DNA of 64,000 bases from Nitrospirales bacterium (GCA_965203295.1 CBDBCZ010000018.1:1952001-2016000); one strand, 5' to 3'; positions 31,018-44,925 are shown, counted from the stretch's first letter. Notes: a model not told the origin generated them from the letters alone. Numbers and translations are program-made.

Positions 31018-34000
31018 AACAAAACTAACAATTTTCAAGAAAATCCTTCTTTCCAAATCTTAAGGCTAAAATCAACAAAACTAAACAGGCCTTTGAATAA
31101 CCAGATCTTTTTCTAAAAAGTTCGGAAGGGTCTGATAAATGGTAGCTAGTTACGTTGGCTTAAAGTCTTTGCTAGAGACCAACAAAACTAACAATTTTCA
31201 ATAAAATCCTTCTTTCCTAATCTGCAGACTAACATCAACAAAACTAAACAAGCCTTTGAATAACCAGTTCATTTCTTGAACATCGATACTTCCTAAGGAT
31301 TATTGTATTTGACTAACATCATTCAAACTAAACTAGCCTTTGAATAACCAGCTCTTTTTCTAAACAGTTGGGAAGGGTCTGATAAATGGTAGCTAGTTAC
31401 TTTGGCTTAAAGTCTTTGCTAGAGACAAACAAAACTAACAATTTTCAAGAAAATCCTTCTTTCCAAATCTTAAGGCTAAAATCAACAAAACTAAACAGGC
31501 CTTTGAATAACCAGATCTTTTTCTAAAAAGTTCGGAAGGGTCTGATAAATGGTAGCTATTTACTTTGGCTTAAAGTCTTTGCTTGAGAACAACAAAACTA
31601 ACAATTTTCAATAAAATCCTTCTTTCCTAATCTTCAGACTAACTTCATTCAAACTAAACAAGCCTTTGAATAACAATTTCTTTTCCTAAACAGTTGGGAA
31701 GGGTCAGATCAAAGGTAGCTAGTTACTTCGGCTTAAAGTCATTGCTAGAGACCAACAAAACTAACAATTTTCAATAAAAATCCTTCTTTCCTAATCTTCA
31801 GACTAACATCAACCAAACTAAACAAGCCTTTGAATAACCAGTTCCTTTCTTGAACATCGATACTTCCTAAGCATGTATTGTATCCGACTAACATCATTTA
31901 AACTAAACAAGCCTTTGAATAACCAGTTCTTTTCCTAAACAGTTGGGAAGGGTCAGATCAATGGTAGCTAGTTACTTTGGCTCAAAGTCTTGAGACTAAC
32001 AAAACTAACGATTTTCTATAAAATCCTTCTTTCCTAAACTGCAGACTAACATCAAGCAAACTAAATGAGCCTTTGAATAACCAGTTCCTTTCTTGAACAT
32101 CGATACTTCCTAAGGATTATTGTGTTTGACTAACATCATTCAAACTAAACTAGCCTTTGAATAACCAGCTCTTTTTCTAAACAGTTGGAAAGGGTCAGTT
32201 CAATGGTAGCTAGTTACTTTGGCTTAAAGTCTTTGCTAGAGACAAACAAAACTAACAATTTTCAATAAAATCATTCTTTCCTAATCAATGGTAGCTAGTT
32301 ACTTTGGCTTAAAGTTTTTGCTAGAGACCAATAAAACTAACGATTTTCAATAAAATCCTTCTTTACTAATCTGCAGACTAACATCAACCAAACTAAACAA
32401 GCCTTTGAATAACCAGTTCCTTTCTTGAACATCGATACTTTCTAAGCATGTATTGTATCCGACTAACATCATTTAAACTAAACAAGCCTTTGAATAAACA
32501 GTTCTTTTCCTAAACAGTTGGGAAGGGTCAGATCAATGGTAGCTAGTTACTTTGGCTCAAAGTTTTTGCTAGAGACTAACAAAACTAACGATTTTCTATA
32601 AATCCTTCTTTCCTAATCTGCAGACTAACATCAAGCAAACTAAACAAGCCTTTGAACAACCAGTTCCTTTCTTGAACATCGATACTTCCTAGGGATTATT
32701 GTATTTGACTAACATCATTCAAACTAAACTAGCCTTTGAATAACCAGCTCTTTTTCTAAACAGTTGGAAAGAGTCAGATCAATGGTAGCTAGTGACTTTG
32801 GCTTAAAGTCTTTGCTAGAGACCAACAAAACTAACAATTTTCAATAAAATCCTTCTTTCCTAATCTTCAGGCTAACATCAACCAAACTAAACCGGTCTTT
32901 GAATAACCAGTTCCTTTCTTGAACATCGATACTTCCTAAGCATGTATTGAATCCGACTAACATCATTTAAACTAAACAAGCCTTTGAATAACCAGTTCTT
33001 TTCCTAAACAGTTGGGAAGGGTCTGATAAATGGTAGCTAGTTACTTTGGCATAAAGTCTTTGCTAGAGACCAACAAAACTAACAATTTTCAAGAAAATCC
33101 TTCTTTCCAAATCTTAAGGCTAAAATCAACAAAACTAAACAGGCCTTTGAATAACCAGATCTTTTTCTAAAAAGTTCGGAAGGGTCTGATAAATGGTAGC
33201 TAGTTACGTTGGCTTAAAGTCTTTGCTAGAGACCAACAAAACTAACAATTTTCAATAAAATCCTTCTTTCCTAATCTGCAGACTAACATCAACAAAACTA
33301 AACAAGCCTTTGAATAACCAGTTCATTTCTTGAACATCGATACTTCCTAAGGATTATTGTATTTGACTAACATCATTCAAACTAAACTAGCCTTTGAATA
33401 ACCAGCTCTTTTTCTAAACAGTTGGGAAGGGTCTGATAAATGGTAGCTAGTTACTTTGGCTTAAAGTCTTTGCTAGAGACAAACAAAACTAACAATTTTC
33501 AAGAAAATCCTTCTTTCCAAATCTTAAGGCTAAAATCAACAAAACTAAACAGGCCTTTGAATAACCAGATCTTTTTCTAAAAAGTTCGGAAGGGTCTGAT
33601 AAATGGTAGCTATTTACTTTGGCTTAAAGTCTTTGCTTGAGAACAACAAAACTAACAATTTTCAATAAAATCCTTCTTTCCTAATCTTCAGACTAACTTC
33701 ATTCAAACTAAACAAGCCTTTGAATAACAATTTCTTTTCCTAAACAGTTGGGAAGGGTCAGATCAAAGGTAGCTAGTTACTTCGGCTTAAAGTCATTGCT
33801 AGAGACCAACAAAACTAACAATTTTCAATAAAAATCCTTCTTTCCTAATCTTCAGACTAACATCAACCAAACTAAACAAGCCTTTGAATAACCAGTTCCT
33901 TTCTTGAACATCGATACTTCCTAAGCATGTATTGTATCCGACTAACATCATTTAAACTAAACAAGCCTTTGAATAACCAGTTCTTTTCCTAAACAGTTGG

Positions 34001-35146
34001 GAAGGGTCAGATCAATGGTAGCTAGTTACTTTGGCTCAAAGTCTTGAGACTAACAAAACTAACGATTTTCTATAAAATCCTTCTTTCCTAAACTGCAGAC
34101 TAACATCAAGCAAACTAAATGAGCCTTTGAATAACCAGTTCCTTTCTTGAACATCGATACTTCCTAAGGATTATTGTGTTTGACTAACATCATTCAAACT
34201 AAACTAGCCTTTGAATAACCAGCTCTTTTTCTAAACAGTTGGAAAGGGTCAGTTCAATGGTAGCTAGTTACTTTGGCTTAAAGTCTTTGCTAGAGACAAA
34301 CAAAACTAAATATTTTCAATAAAATCATTCTTTCCTAATCAATGGTAGCTAGTTACTTTGGCTTAAAGTTTTTGCTAGAGACCAATAAAACTAACGATTT
34401 TCAATAAAATCCTTCTTTACTAATCTGCAGACTAACATCAACCAAACTAAACAAGCCTTTGAATAACCAGTTCCTTTCTTGAACATCGATACTTTCTAAG
34501 CATGTATTGTATCCGACTAACATCATTTAAACTAAACAAGCCTTTGAATAAACAGTTCTTTTCCTAAACAGTTGGGAAGGGTCAGATCAATGGTAGCTAG
34601 TTACTTTGGCTCAAAGTTTTTGCTAGAGACTAACAAAACTAACGATTTTCTATAAATCCTTCTTTCCTAATCTGCAGACTAACATCAAGCAAACTAAACA
34701 AGCCTTTGAACAACCAGTTCCTTTCTTGAACATCGATACTTCCTAGGGATTATTGTATTTGACTAACATCATTCAAACTAAACTAGCCTTTGAATAACCA
34801 GCTCTTTTTCTAAACAGTTGGAAAGAGTCAGATCAATGGTAGCTAGTGACTTTGGCTTAAAGTCTTTGCTAGAGACCAACAAAACTAACAATTTTCAATA
34901 AAATCCTTCTTTCCTAATCTTCAGGCTAACATCAACCAAACTAAACCGGTCTTTGAATAACCAGTTCCTTTCTTGAACATCGATACTTCCTAAGCATGTA
35001 TTGAATCCGACTAACATCATTTAAACTAAACAAGCCTTTGAATAACCAGTTCTTTTCCTAAACAGTTGGGAAGGGTCTGATAAATGGTAGCTAGTTACTT
35101 TGGCATAAAGTCTTTGCTAGAGACCAACAAAACTAACAATTTTCAA
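31018..35146 (+). repeat. Near-identical higher-order tandem duplication, 2 x 2054 bp
   Basis: The deletion variant CTCAAAGTCTTGAGAC occurs at 31981 and 34035; TACGTTGG occurs at 31151 and 33205. A 410-bp duplication overlaps its start (30741/31151). Confidence 0.9.
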
Positions 35147-38100
35147 TAAAATACTTCTTTCCTAATCTGCAGACTAACATCAACCAAACTAAACAAGCCT
35201 TTGAATAACCAGTTCCTTTCTTGAACATCGATACTTCCTAAGGATGTATTGTATTTGACTAACATCATTCAAACTAAACTAGCCTTTGAATAACCAGTTC
35301 GTTTCTTAACCAGTTGGGAAGAATCAGATCAATGGTAGCTAGTGACTTTGGCTTAAAGTCTTTGACAGAGACCAACAAATAAAACAATTTTCAATGAAAT
35401 CCTTCTTTCCTAATCTTCAGACAAACATCAACCAAACTAAACAAGCATTTGAATAACAAGTTCCTTTCTTGAACATCAATACTTCCTAGGCATGTATTGT
35501 ATTTGACTAACATCATTCAAACTAAACAAGCCTTTGCATAACCAGTTCTTTTTCTTAAACTGTTGGGAAGGGTCAGATCAATGGTAGCTAGTTACTTTGG
35601 CTCAAAGTCTTTGCTAGAGACCAACAAAACTAACGATTTTCTATAAAATACTTCTTTCCTAATCTGCAGACTAACATCAAGCAAACTAAACAAGCCTTTG
35701 AATAACCAGTTCCTTTCTTGAACATCGATACTTCCTAAGCATGTATTGTATCTGACTAACATCATTCAAACTAAACAAGCCTTTGAATAACAGGTTCTTT
35801 TCCTAAACAGTTGGGAAGGGTCAGATCAATGGTAGCCAGTTACTTTGGCTGAAAGTCTTTGCCTGAGACCAACAAAACTAACAATTTTCAATAAAATCCT
35901 TCTTTCCTAATCTTCAGACTAACATCAACCGAACTAAAAAAGCCTTTGAATAACAAGATACTTTCTGAACATAGATACTTCCTAAGCATGTATTGAATCT
36001 AACTTATATCATTCAAACTAAACAAGCCTTTGAATAACCAGTTCGTTTCCTAAACAGTTGGGAAAGGTCAGATCAATGGTAGCTACTTACATTGGCTTAA
36101 AGTCTTTGCCAGAGACAAAAAAAATAACAATTTTTGAGTAAAATTCTTCTTTCCTAATCTTCAGACTAACATCAACAAAACTAAACTGGCCTTTGAATAA
36201 CCAGTTTCTTGAACATCGATACTTCCTAAGCATGTATTGTATCTGACTAACATTATTCAAACTAAACAAGCCTTTGCATAACCAGTTCTTTTCCTAAACA
36301 GTTGGGAAGGGTCAGATCAATGGTAGTTTGTTACTTTGGCTTAAAGTCTTTGCTAGAGACCTACAAAACTAACAATTTTAAATAAATCCTTCTTTCCTAA
36401 TCTTCAGACTAACATCAACCAAACTAAAAAAGCCTTTGAATAACAAGTTCCTTTCTTGAACATCGATACTTCCTAGGCATGTATTGTATCTGACTAACAT
36501 CATTTAAACTAAACAAGCCTTTGAATAACCAGTTCTTTTCCTAAACAGTTGGGAAGGGTCAGATCAATGGTAGTTAGTTACTTTGGCTCAAAGTCTTTGC
36601 TAGAGACCAACAAAACTAACGATTTTCTATAAAATACTTCTTTTCTAATCTGCAAACTAACATCAAGCAAACTAAACAAGCATTTGAATAACCAGTTCCT
36701 TTTTTGAACATCGATACTTCCTAAGGATTATTGTATTTGACTAAAATCATTCAAACTAAACTAGCCTTTGAATAACCAGCTCTTTTTCTAAACAGTTGGG
36801 AAGGGTCAGATAAATGGTAGCTAGTGACTTTGGCTTAAAGTCTTTGCTAGAGACCAACAAAACTAACAATTTTCAAGAAAATCCTTCTTTCCTAATCTTA
36901 AGGCTAAAATCAACAAAACTAAACAGGCCTTTGAATAACCAGTTCTTTTTCTAAACAGTTCGGAAGGGTCACATAAATGGTAGCTATTTACTTTGGCTTA
37001 AAGTCTTTACTAGAGACCAACAAAACTAACAATTTTCAATAAAATCCTTCTTTCCTAATCTTCAGACTAACTTCATTCAAACTAAACAAGCCTTTGAATA
37101 ACAAGTTCTTTTCCTAAACAGTTGGGAAGGGTCAGATCAATGGTAGCTAGTTAATTTGGCTTAAAGTCTTTGCTAGAGACCAACAAAACTAACAATTTTC
37201 AATAAAATCCTTCTTTCCTAATCAATGGTAGCTAGTTGCTTTGGCTCAAAGTCTCTGCTAGAGACCAACAAAACTAACAATTTTCAATAAAATCCTTCTT
37301 TCCTAATCTGCAGACAAACATCAACCAAACTAAACAAGCCTTTGAATAACCAGTTCCTTTCTTGAACATCGATATTTTCTAAGCATGTATTGTATTTGAC
37401 TAACATCATTCAAACTAAACAAGCCTTTGAATAACAGGTTCTTTTCCTAAACAGTTAGGAAGGGTCAGATCAATGGTAGACAGTTATTTTGGATGAAAGT
37501 CTTTGCCTGAGACCAACAAAACTAACAATTTTCAATAAAATCCTTCTTTCCTAATCTTCAGACTAATCCTAATCTTCAGACTAACATCAACCAAACTAAA
37601 CAAGCCTTTGAATAACAAGTTCCTTTCTTGAACATCGATACTTCCTAGGCATGTATTGTATTTGACTAACATCATTCAAACTAAAAAAGCCTTTGAATAT
37701 CCAGTTCTTTTTCTAAACAGTTGGGAAGAATCAGATCAAAGGTAGCTAGTTACTTCGGCTTAAAATCATTGCTAGAGACAAACAAAACTAACAATTTTCA
37801 ATAAAATCCTTCTTTCCTAATCTGCAGACAAACATCAATCAAACTAAACAAGCCTTTGTATAACCAGTTACTTTTTTGAACATCGATACTTCCTAAGCAT
37901 GTATTGTATCCGACTAACATCATTTAAACTAAACAAGCCTTTGAATAACCAGTTCTTTTCCTAAACAGTTGGGAAGGGTCAGATCAATGGTAGCTAGTTA
38001 CTTTGGCTCAAAGTTTTTGCTAGAGACTAACAAAACTAACGATTTTCTATAAAATCCTTCTTTCCTAATCTGCAGACTAACATCAAGCCAACTAAACAAG

Positions 38101-40609
38101 CCCTTGAATAACCAGTTCCTTTCTTGAACATTGATACTTCCTAAGGATTATTGTATTTGACTAACATCATTCAAACTAAACTAGCCTTTGAATAACCAGC
38201 TCTTTTTCTAAACAGTTGGAAAGGGTCAGATCAATGGTAGCTAGTGACTTTGGCTTAAAGTCTTTGCTAGAGACCAACAAAACTAACAATTTTTAATAAA
38301 ATCCTTCTTTCCTAATCTTCAGGCTAACATCAACAAAACTAAACAGTCCTTTGAATAACCAGTTCTTTTTCTAAACAGTTCGGAAGGGTCTGATAAATGG
38401 TAGCTAGTTACTTTGGCATAAAGTCTTTGCTAGAGACCAACAAAACTAACAATTTTCAATAAAATCTTTCTTTCCTAATCTTCAGACTAACATCATTCAA
38501 ACTAAACAAGCCTTTGAATAACAAGTTCTTTTCCTAAACAGTTGGGAAGGGTCAGATCAATGGTAGCTAGTTACTTTGGCTTAAAATCTTTGCTAGAGAC
38601 CAACAAAACTAACAATTTTAAATAAAATCATTCTTTCCTAATCAATGGTGGCTAGTTACTTTGGCTTAAAGTCTTTGCTAGAGACCAACAAAACTAACAA
38701 TTTTCAATAAAATCCTTCTTTCCTAATCTGCAGACTAACATCAACTAAACTAAACAAGCCTTTGAATAACCTGTTCCTTTCTTGAACATCGATACTTCCT
38801 AAGGATGTATTGTATTTGACTAACATCATTCAAACTAAACTAGCCTTTGAATAACCAGTTCGTTAGTTAGTTTGGCATTTAGGCTTTGCCAGAGACAAAA
38901 AAAATAACAATTTTTGAGTAAAATTCTCCTTTCCTAATCTTCAGACTAACATCAACCAAACTAAACCGGCCTTTGAATAACCAGTTCAATTCTTGAACAT
39001 CGATACTTCCTAAGCATGTATTGTATCTGACTAACATCATTCAAACTAAACAAGCCTTTGCATTACCAATTCTTTTCCTAAACAGTTGGGAAGGGTCAGA
39101 TCAATGGTAGCTTGTTACTTTGGCTTAAAGTCTTTGCCAGAGACCAACAAAACTAACAATTTTCAATAAATCCTTCTTTCCTAATCTTCAGACAAACATC
39201 AACCAAACTAAACAAGCCTATGAATAACAAGTTCCTTTCTTGAACATCGATACTTCCTAGGCATGTATTGTATTTGACTAACATCATTCAAACTAAACAA
39301 GCCTTTGAATAACCAGTTCTTTTTCTAAACAGTTGGGAAGAGTGAGATCAATGGTAGCTAGTTACTTCGGCTTAAAGTCATTGCTAGAGACCAACAAAAT
39401 AACAATTTTCAATAAAATCCTTCTTTCCTAATCTTCAGACTAATATCAACCAAACTAAACAAGCCTTTGAATAACCAGTTCCTTTCTTGAACATTGATAC
39501 TTCCTAAGCATGTATTGAATCCGACTAACATCATTTAAACTAAACAAGCCTTTGAATAACCAGTTCCTTTCTTGAACATCGATACTTCCTAAGCATGTAT
39601 TGTATCTGACTAACATCATTCAAACTAAACAAGCCTTTGCATAACCAATTCTTTTCCTAAACAGTTGGGAAGGGTCAGATCAATGGTAGCTAACTTCATT
39701 CAAACTAAAAAAACCTTTGAATAACAAGTTCTTTTCCTAAACAGTTGGGAAGGGTCAGATCAATGGTAGCTAGTTAATTTGGCTTAAAGTCTTTGCTAGA
39801 GACCAACAAAACTAACAATTTTCAATAAAATCCTTCTTTCCTAATCAATGGTAGCTAGTTGCTTTGGCTCAAAGTCTCTGCTAGAGACCAACAAAACTAA
39901 CAATTTTCAATAAAATCCTTCTTTCCTAATCTGCAGACTAACATCAACCAAACTAAACAAGCCTTTGAATAACCAGTTCCTTTCTTGAACATCGATACTT
40001 CCTAAGCATGTATTGTATACGACTAACATCATTCAAACTAAACAAGCTTTTGAATAACCAGTTCTTTTCCTAAACAGTTGGGAAGGGTCAGATCAATGGT
40101 AGCTAGTTACTTTGGCTCAAAGTCTTTGTTAGAGACTAACAAAACTGACGATTTTCTATAAAATCCTTCTTTCCTAATCTGCAGACAACATCAACCAAAC
40201 TAAACAAGCCTTTGAATAACCAGTTCCTTTCTTGAACATCGATACTTCCTAAGGATGTATTGTATTTGACTAACATCATTCAAACTAAACTAGCCTTTGA
40301 ATAACCAGTTCGTTTCCTAACCAGTTGGGAATGGTCAGATCAATGGTGGAGCTCTGCTGATTCTGGCGTCAACGCAAGGACCGCAGTTTCAATCGCCAAG
40401 AGGTTGCTCTTCAGATAAGACAATCTGCGTGATGCAGTTGAACAGGGACGCATGCTCTAAGTGGATTAACGATGCACAGAGTAGATAGGTGCACCAACTT
40501 CTCGTATCATTCCAATAGTAATCATGAAGTCTGAATAACTGAACAACTACTACACAGTGGCAAAAAGAGATATATATAGAAAAAAGGAGAGTTCTAGAAT
40601 GTTCCATAG

Positions 40610-40679
40610 ACAGGTGGCACAAGAACAGGTGGCACAAGAACAGGTGGCACAAGAACAGGTGGCACAAGAACAGGTGGCA
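40610..40679 (+). repeat. 15-bp minisatellite (CAGGTGGCACAAGAA) x ~4.6
   Basis: Units start at 40611, 40626, 40641, 40656 and 40671. Confidence 0.95.
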
Positions 40680-41257
40680 AGGACAAGGGAAAATCAGGAG
40701 TCAGAAGTCTATGTACAAGAGAAACAGGAAAGGGCCTAAAGCATCTTCCAGCATGGTTACAACTACAACATGAACAATAGCTAATCATTGACATATCTCT
40801 AACAGACGTACATGTATGTACATGTGGATCGACAAATGTGACCTGATGAGTAACAACCAGTACTTTCGAATAAGTCAATTTTATGATACGTAACTATGCA
40901 CAAACTAACTGAAATGTGAGTAGTTTTATAGGTGGCATTGCTTCCATGACAATACATACCAATTTTAGTACGTATGTGTTGCCACACTATTGACCCAGAC
41001 GTGAATTTCCATGCCATAGAGTTTGCAGTATTCTCAATCGCGGCAATGTTATGAAAATGGCAGTGCTACATGTACCAAAAGAAACTTGTCCTGTACCAAT
41101 TCATTCTCACTACTGTTGATGAAAATTGTCCAAGTGCTGGATTTTCACACAGCAGGTCACATAGAACTTCTCCACAGTAATAAGTGTATGTTACACAGGA
41201 GGAAAAGGAAATTATATATCCTTACATATCTCTCTTCAGAGTGTAGTTAAATCTTAC

Positions 41258-41357
41258 TCAAAATTGTGTGGTAGTGCTAGCAGTTCCCCAGATGCAAAGG
41301 CTGGTAAACCACGAGGGGTCCTTATGTCCGCTTCCATTTCATCTTGCACTGCTGTAC
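41258..41357 (-). pseudogene. TRAPPC13: TRAPPC13-like exon (N-terminal region, follows the 42092-42160 exon)
   Basis: 100-bp exon bounded by catgtag| and |gtaag. Translates (G)TAVQDEMEADIRTPRGLPAFASGELLALPHNF, compared with remembered human [34 protein letters not shown] (same length). Phase is compatible with the preceding exon. Confidence 0.8.
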
Positions 41358-42091
41358 CTACATGTAAGTACATGCACATGAACAACAATGTTAAAAAACA
41401 AAGGTAAAATTTTATTCATGCATTGTAATATGGTATAATGAGCCTCAGATGTATGCACATGTGGAAAACAAGTTAGAAACCTATCTTCAGAAATACATGA
41501 CTGGCCGAGTAAGAGAGGCTAGTACTGAAAATGTCATAGTTTGTAATTAGGGTGGATTTATCAAGCTCCTTCTTGAGCTTACATGTACATGTACTACAGT
41601 GTGTATTGCTGATCAACGTGCGATGAACGCTGTTAGATTAATTGCTAAGAAAATGAATTATGTATAAAAATGTTATCAGGCAGTTATCTATGGTAGAACA
41701 GCAAAATGTTTACATGCACTACAAGAAGCACACTGAGACTTTGCAGAAACAGGAGGAACTGAGTTTAGTCAGAAGCTGTAGTAATACGTAATCAAACTAG
41801 CTGTAGACTTTCAGTATAACCACTTACAATAAGTAATCATAAATGGCTGCATATCGCAATTGTACTTTACCATACAGTTAGTGTCATTCATAGTAGAAAT
41901 TACTAGCAGTTAACTATCAAGACCACAGCCTCTTTACTTTGTCAGCAATTAAGTCACTTAGCCTGCTAAAATTTAATAGATTGAATTTAATTGGCCTGTT
42001 TTCAGCCCCTGACATCTCAAAATTCATTGCGTCAGAAATACTGGAATGGGTTCATTATACAATGAGTATCAAATATACTGACTGTACTCAC

Positions 42092-42160
42092 CCAGTATGC
42101 TCCATGGCTCTCCCAGCACTGGAACCGACGTCATTAGAGACGGCTTTGTCAGCCGCATAA
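42092..42160 (-). pseudogene. TRAPPC13: TRAPPC13-like exon (N-terminal VMRLTKP motif)
   Basis: 69-bp exon bounded by catacag| and |gtgagt. Translates (V)MRLTKPSLMTSVPVLGEPWSIL(G), compared with remembered human [24 protein letters not shown]. Confidence 0.85.
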
Positions 42161-42174
42161 CTGTATGCAGTTGT

Positions 42175-42485
<311 letters not shown>

Positions 42486-42867
42486 TACCTACATGTACAT
42501 TTACAAAGAGAAACTGCTGACCACGTGCGCAGTATATTACGTCATACGTTACTATGCAACTGCCGTGTATAGCTACAGCAAATGAAGGTTGTTGTGTGTT
42601 GCCTAGATGGCGAAAACGTGGTAGGAAGCCGTAAAGATTCTGTTTTCGCGACATATAGCTACTAACTGGAAGCACACAACGAAACTGACGACTCAGCACT
42701 TTCGCTGTACAGAGTTACGTAGATTGCTTAGTTTCTGCAGCTCAGCATAGTTACTATAATTTGTAGTTCTACAGTTGCAGTTACTTTGGCCTAAGCTGAG
42801 TTGTGTATTGTACGGGAAAGGTGGGAAAGGTTCCCGGCTAGTTTTTAGACATGAAATGTCAGACTTG

Positions 42868-43055
42868 TCTATACAAGCTAACAATTGACCCTTGTCTGCG
42901 GAATACTCTCCTCTGTCCAAACTACTTCATATAAACTTTCAACAGATTAGCCATTCCTTTGCCACCATACTTAAAAAGCTCCCCAACTAGCCCATCATTA
43001 CCTTCTGCTTTTTATTCTTTAGACTTTTAGAACATATCTTTTGAGTTCTGCATAT
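42868..43055 (-). mobile_element. Decayed non-LTR retrotransposon RT fragment, copy 1
   Basis: With frameshifts it reads KSLKNKKAEGNDGLVGELFKYGGKGMANLLK..YEVVWTEESIP..RQGSIVSLY, typical of the region leading into the LINE RT domain. Confidence 0.8.
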
Positions 43056-43227
43056 GTACCTACCAACTCGCGTTGAATATCTGTCAATGAACATAAATGA
43101 TCCTGAAGGAATATCTGTTATTTGTGCGTCTATACCATTACTACGGTCAATGAACGTCAATGACCCTGAAGGGTTGATATGAGCATGAGAGGTGTATGTC
43201 CCCGTATTACCAACAATAATACCATTG

Positions 43228-43381
43228 TGCTAAGAGCTGGACAAACAAGAGCATATACGTACAAAGAAAGTGACAAGGGTATAGTGAAATGTCTAGTTCG
43301 CAGTTTTTGAATCAAACAGACGACTGGTCAAAGTACACTTTAATAACTTCCACACTATAGATCTATGTGTGCATTTTAATA
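43228..43381 (+). repeat. ~150-bp dispersed repeat, copy 1 (copy 2 at 45866-46017)
   Basis: Both copies share ACAAACAAGAGCATATAC...GAAATGTCTAGTTCGCAGTTTTTGAATCAAACAGACGACTGGTCAAA...TGTGTGCATTTTAATA. Confidence 0.9.
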
Positions 43382-43747
43382 GATCAATAATTATATCATG
43401 CCAAGTTTATGGAAACAGGAGGGGCACCTTAACCCTACAACAGTAGCTACACAATCATGCCACTCACATGCCAGTTTGATGTAGTTTCCTGACTGCAACA
43501 GACTGCATTTATGTCAGTATAGAAATTTGAAATAGCACTGACCTGTGTGGTAGAGGTTTGCAAAGCTCAAAACTTTATTGTGTAACAGATTGTAATGGGC
43601 AAAGGAGTGTTTCCTATATGAAAGGCCTTGCAATTGAAAACGTACAACTGTGGAATATTGTACAACTGTGGAATATTTATAGCGTCTGGTTCACTAAAGC
43701 AGTTTCACAAGCCAGCCCACTTACATTCTACAGCATCCATCACTTAC

Positions 43748-43820
43748 AGTATTGGCATGTGGAAGAGACATGTGCTGATAGCCTGATGCTGACACTCTTC
43801 CACATGCCATGCTGATACTG
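43748..43820. repeat. Inverted repeat, probable MITE remnant
   Basis: TGGCATGTGGAAGAG ... CTCTTCCACATGCCA (15-bp perfect arms), extended by CAGTAT/ATACTG. Confidence 0.6.
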
Positions 43821-44925
43821 AAAGTAATCCGTTTGATTCTGTGACTACCACTGAAGTTACCAAGTGCCCTCAACAGAGACAAGAAAAGTACAAGTGTAGG
43901 CCAGAGCAAGTTGTCACCCCACCCCACCCATGCCCCACAGCCCATGCACAGGTGACACTCAATCTACTTCCACAACAAATGTACACTTGTTTACACAACT
44001 GTGTGAACAAACAAATATAACTAGGAGGTAAGATGCAAAAAGCCTTGTGTCAAAGTACCATTGGGTAAATGTTCTACAAATACCTGTCCAATCTTACTAA
44101 TGCATTGCTTCTGATTTGAAAGCATGTCCACTTATGTAATAGGGTCAATGCTCTGTAAGTATACAAACATACTATCATAAGTAAAGTACAAAGAACTGAA
44201 ACACTGACAGCTATTTGGGCTTTGTGAGTGCGGTGATGGTGTGTGTAGCACCTAGAGCTGACCAGCAGCTACATACAGCTCTTAATTTGACTCACACCAG
44301 GAAAGCCTCTATGAATTAAAAGTGAACAAAGGCTCTACTGTAGTTTAGCTTTTCTCTGGTCTCCTAATCCTTCAATTACAATAGAAAAACTACTGATAAA
44401 CATGATTTCCTAAGTCAACCCAAAAGTTAGCAACACCCAACTGCCAGACACTGAAGCCAGACACACTAATTTTCTCCAGCCCAGTTGCTAGGGTAGGCTA
44501 AGGTTCCCCAGTGGTTATTGATAATGACAAGATCATCATTGCACTACATGTCCAACTACCTCTGTGATTGCACATCAACATGACTGTTTTCCAAGAGTGC
44601 ATTTATATATATATAAACTATTAAATGCACTCATGCTGTTGACAGATATTGGTATTGTCATTACCAAGGATCAGCAGCTGTTTGATAGAGCTTCCTTCAG
44701 ACCCAGTTACCCACTTATTGGTTCAATAAAGTGACACCTGTTAATTCCAAGTTTCAGCTAACTGTGAGTTATGATCCAGCATTGTTCTCAGCTGCTGGTC
44801 GACACTAGCTACCAGGAATCCAATACCTGATTCTGTGAAAGTGTTTAGCCAACTACGTACATTGTATACTATTGCACCTACGAACAAACTGGTGTGCTTT
44901 ATTTTTACATTTCAAATGGACTTAT

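Larger units (their letters stand above)
1..40347 (+). repeat. Satellite DNA array (left arm) of 163-bp A and 85-bp B modules; runs off the window start
   Basis: The core AAACTAAACAAGCCTTTGAATAACCAGTTC recurs at 1, 164, 327, 490 (163-bp spacing), then 575 (85 bp). A continues TTTTCCTAAACAGTTGGGAAGGGTCAG...; B continues CTTTCTTGAACATCGATACTTCC.... The array ends at ...GTCAGATCAATGGT (40347). Confidence 0.98.

Noticed and set aside
3877..36269. Short minus-strand ORFs in the satellite (also 55631 and 60769)
   Set aside because: Chance stop-free stretches of the repeat; neighbouring monomers carry stops and frameshifts.
1..40347. CRISPR-like repeat/spacer pattern (constant ~44-bp core plus variable segments)
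   Set aside because: The intervening segments are only two recurring sequences rather than unique spacers, there are no cas genes, and the context is eukaryotic.
40389..40878. ORFs with QVAQE, LCHLF or PPVLV repeats
   Set aside because: Products of the 15-bp minisatellite, which is open in several frames; no other coding signal.
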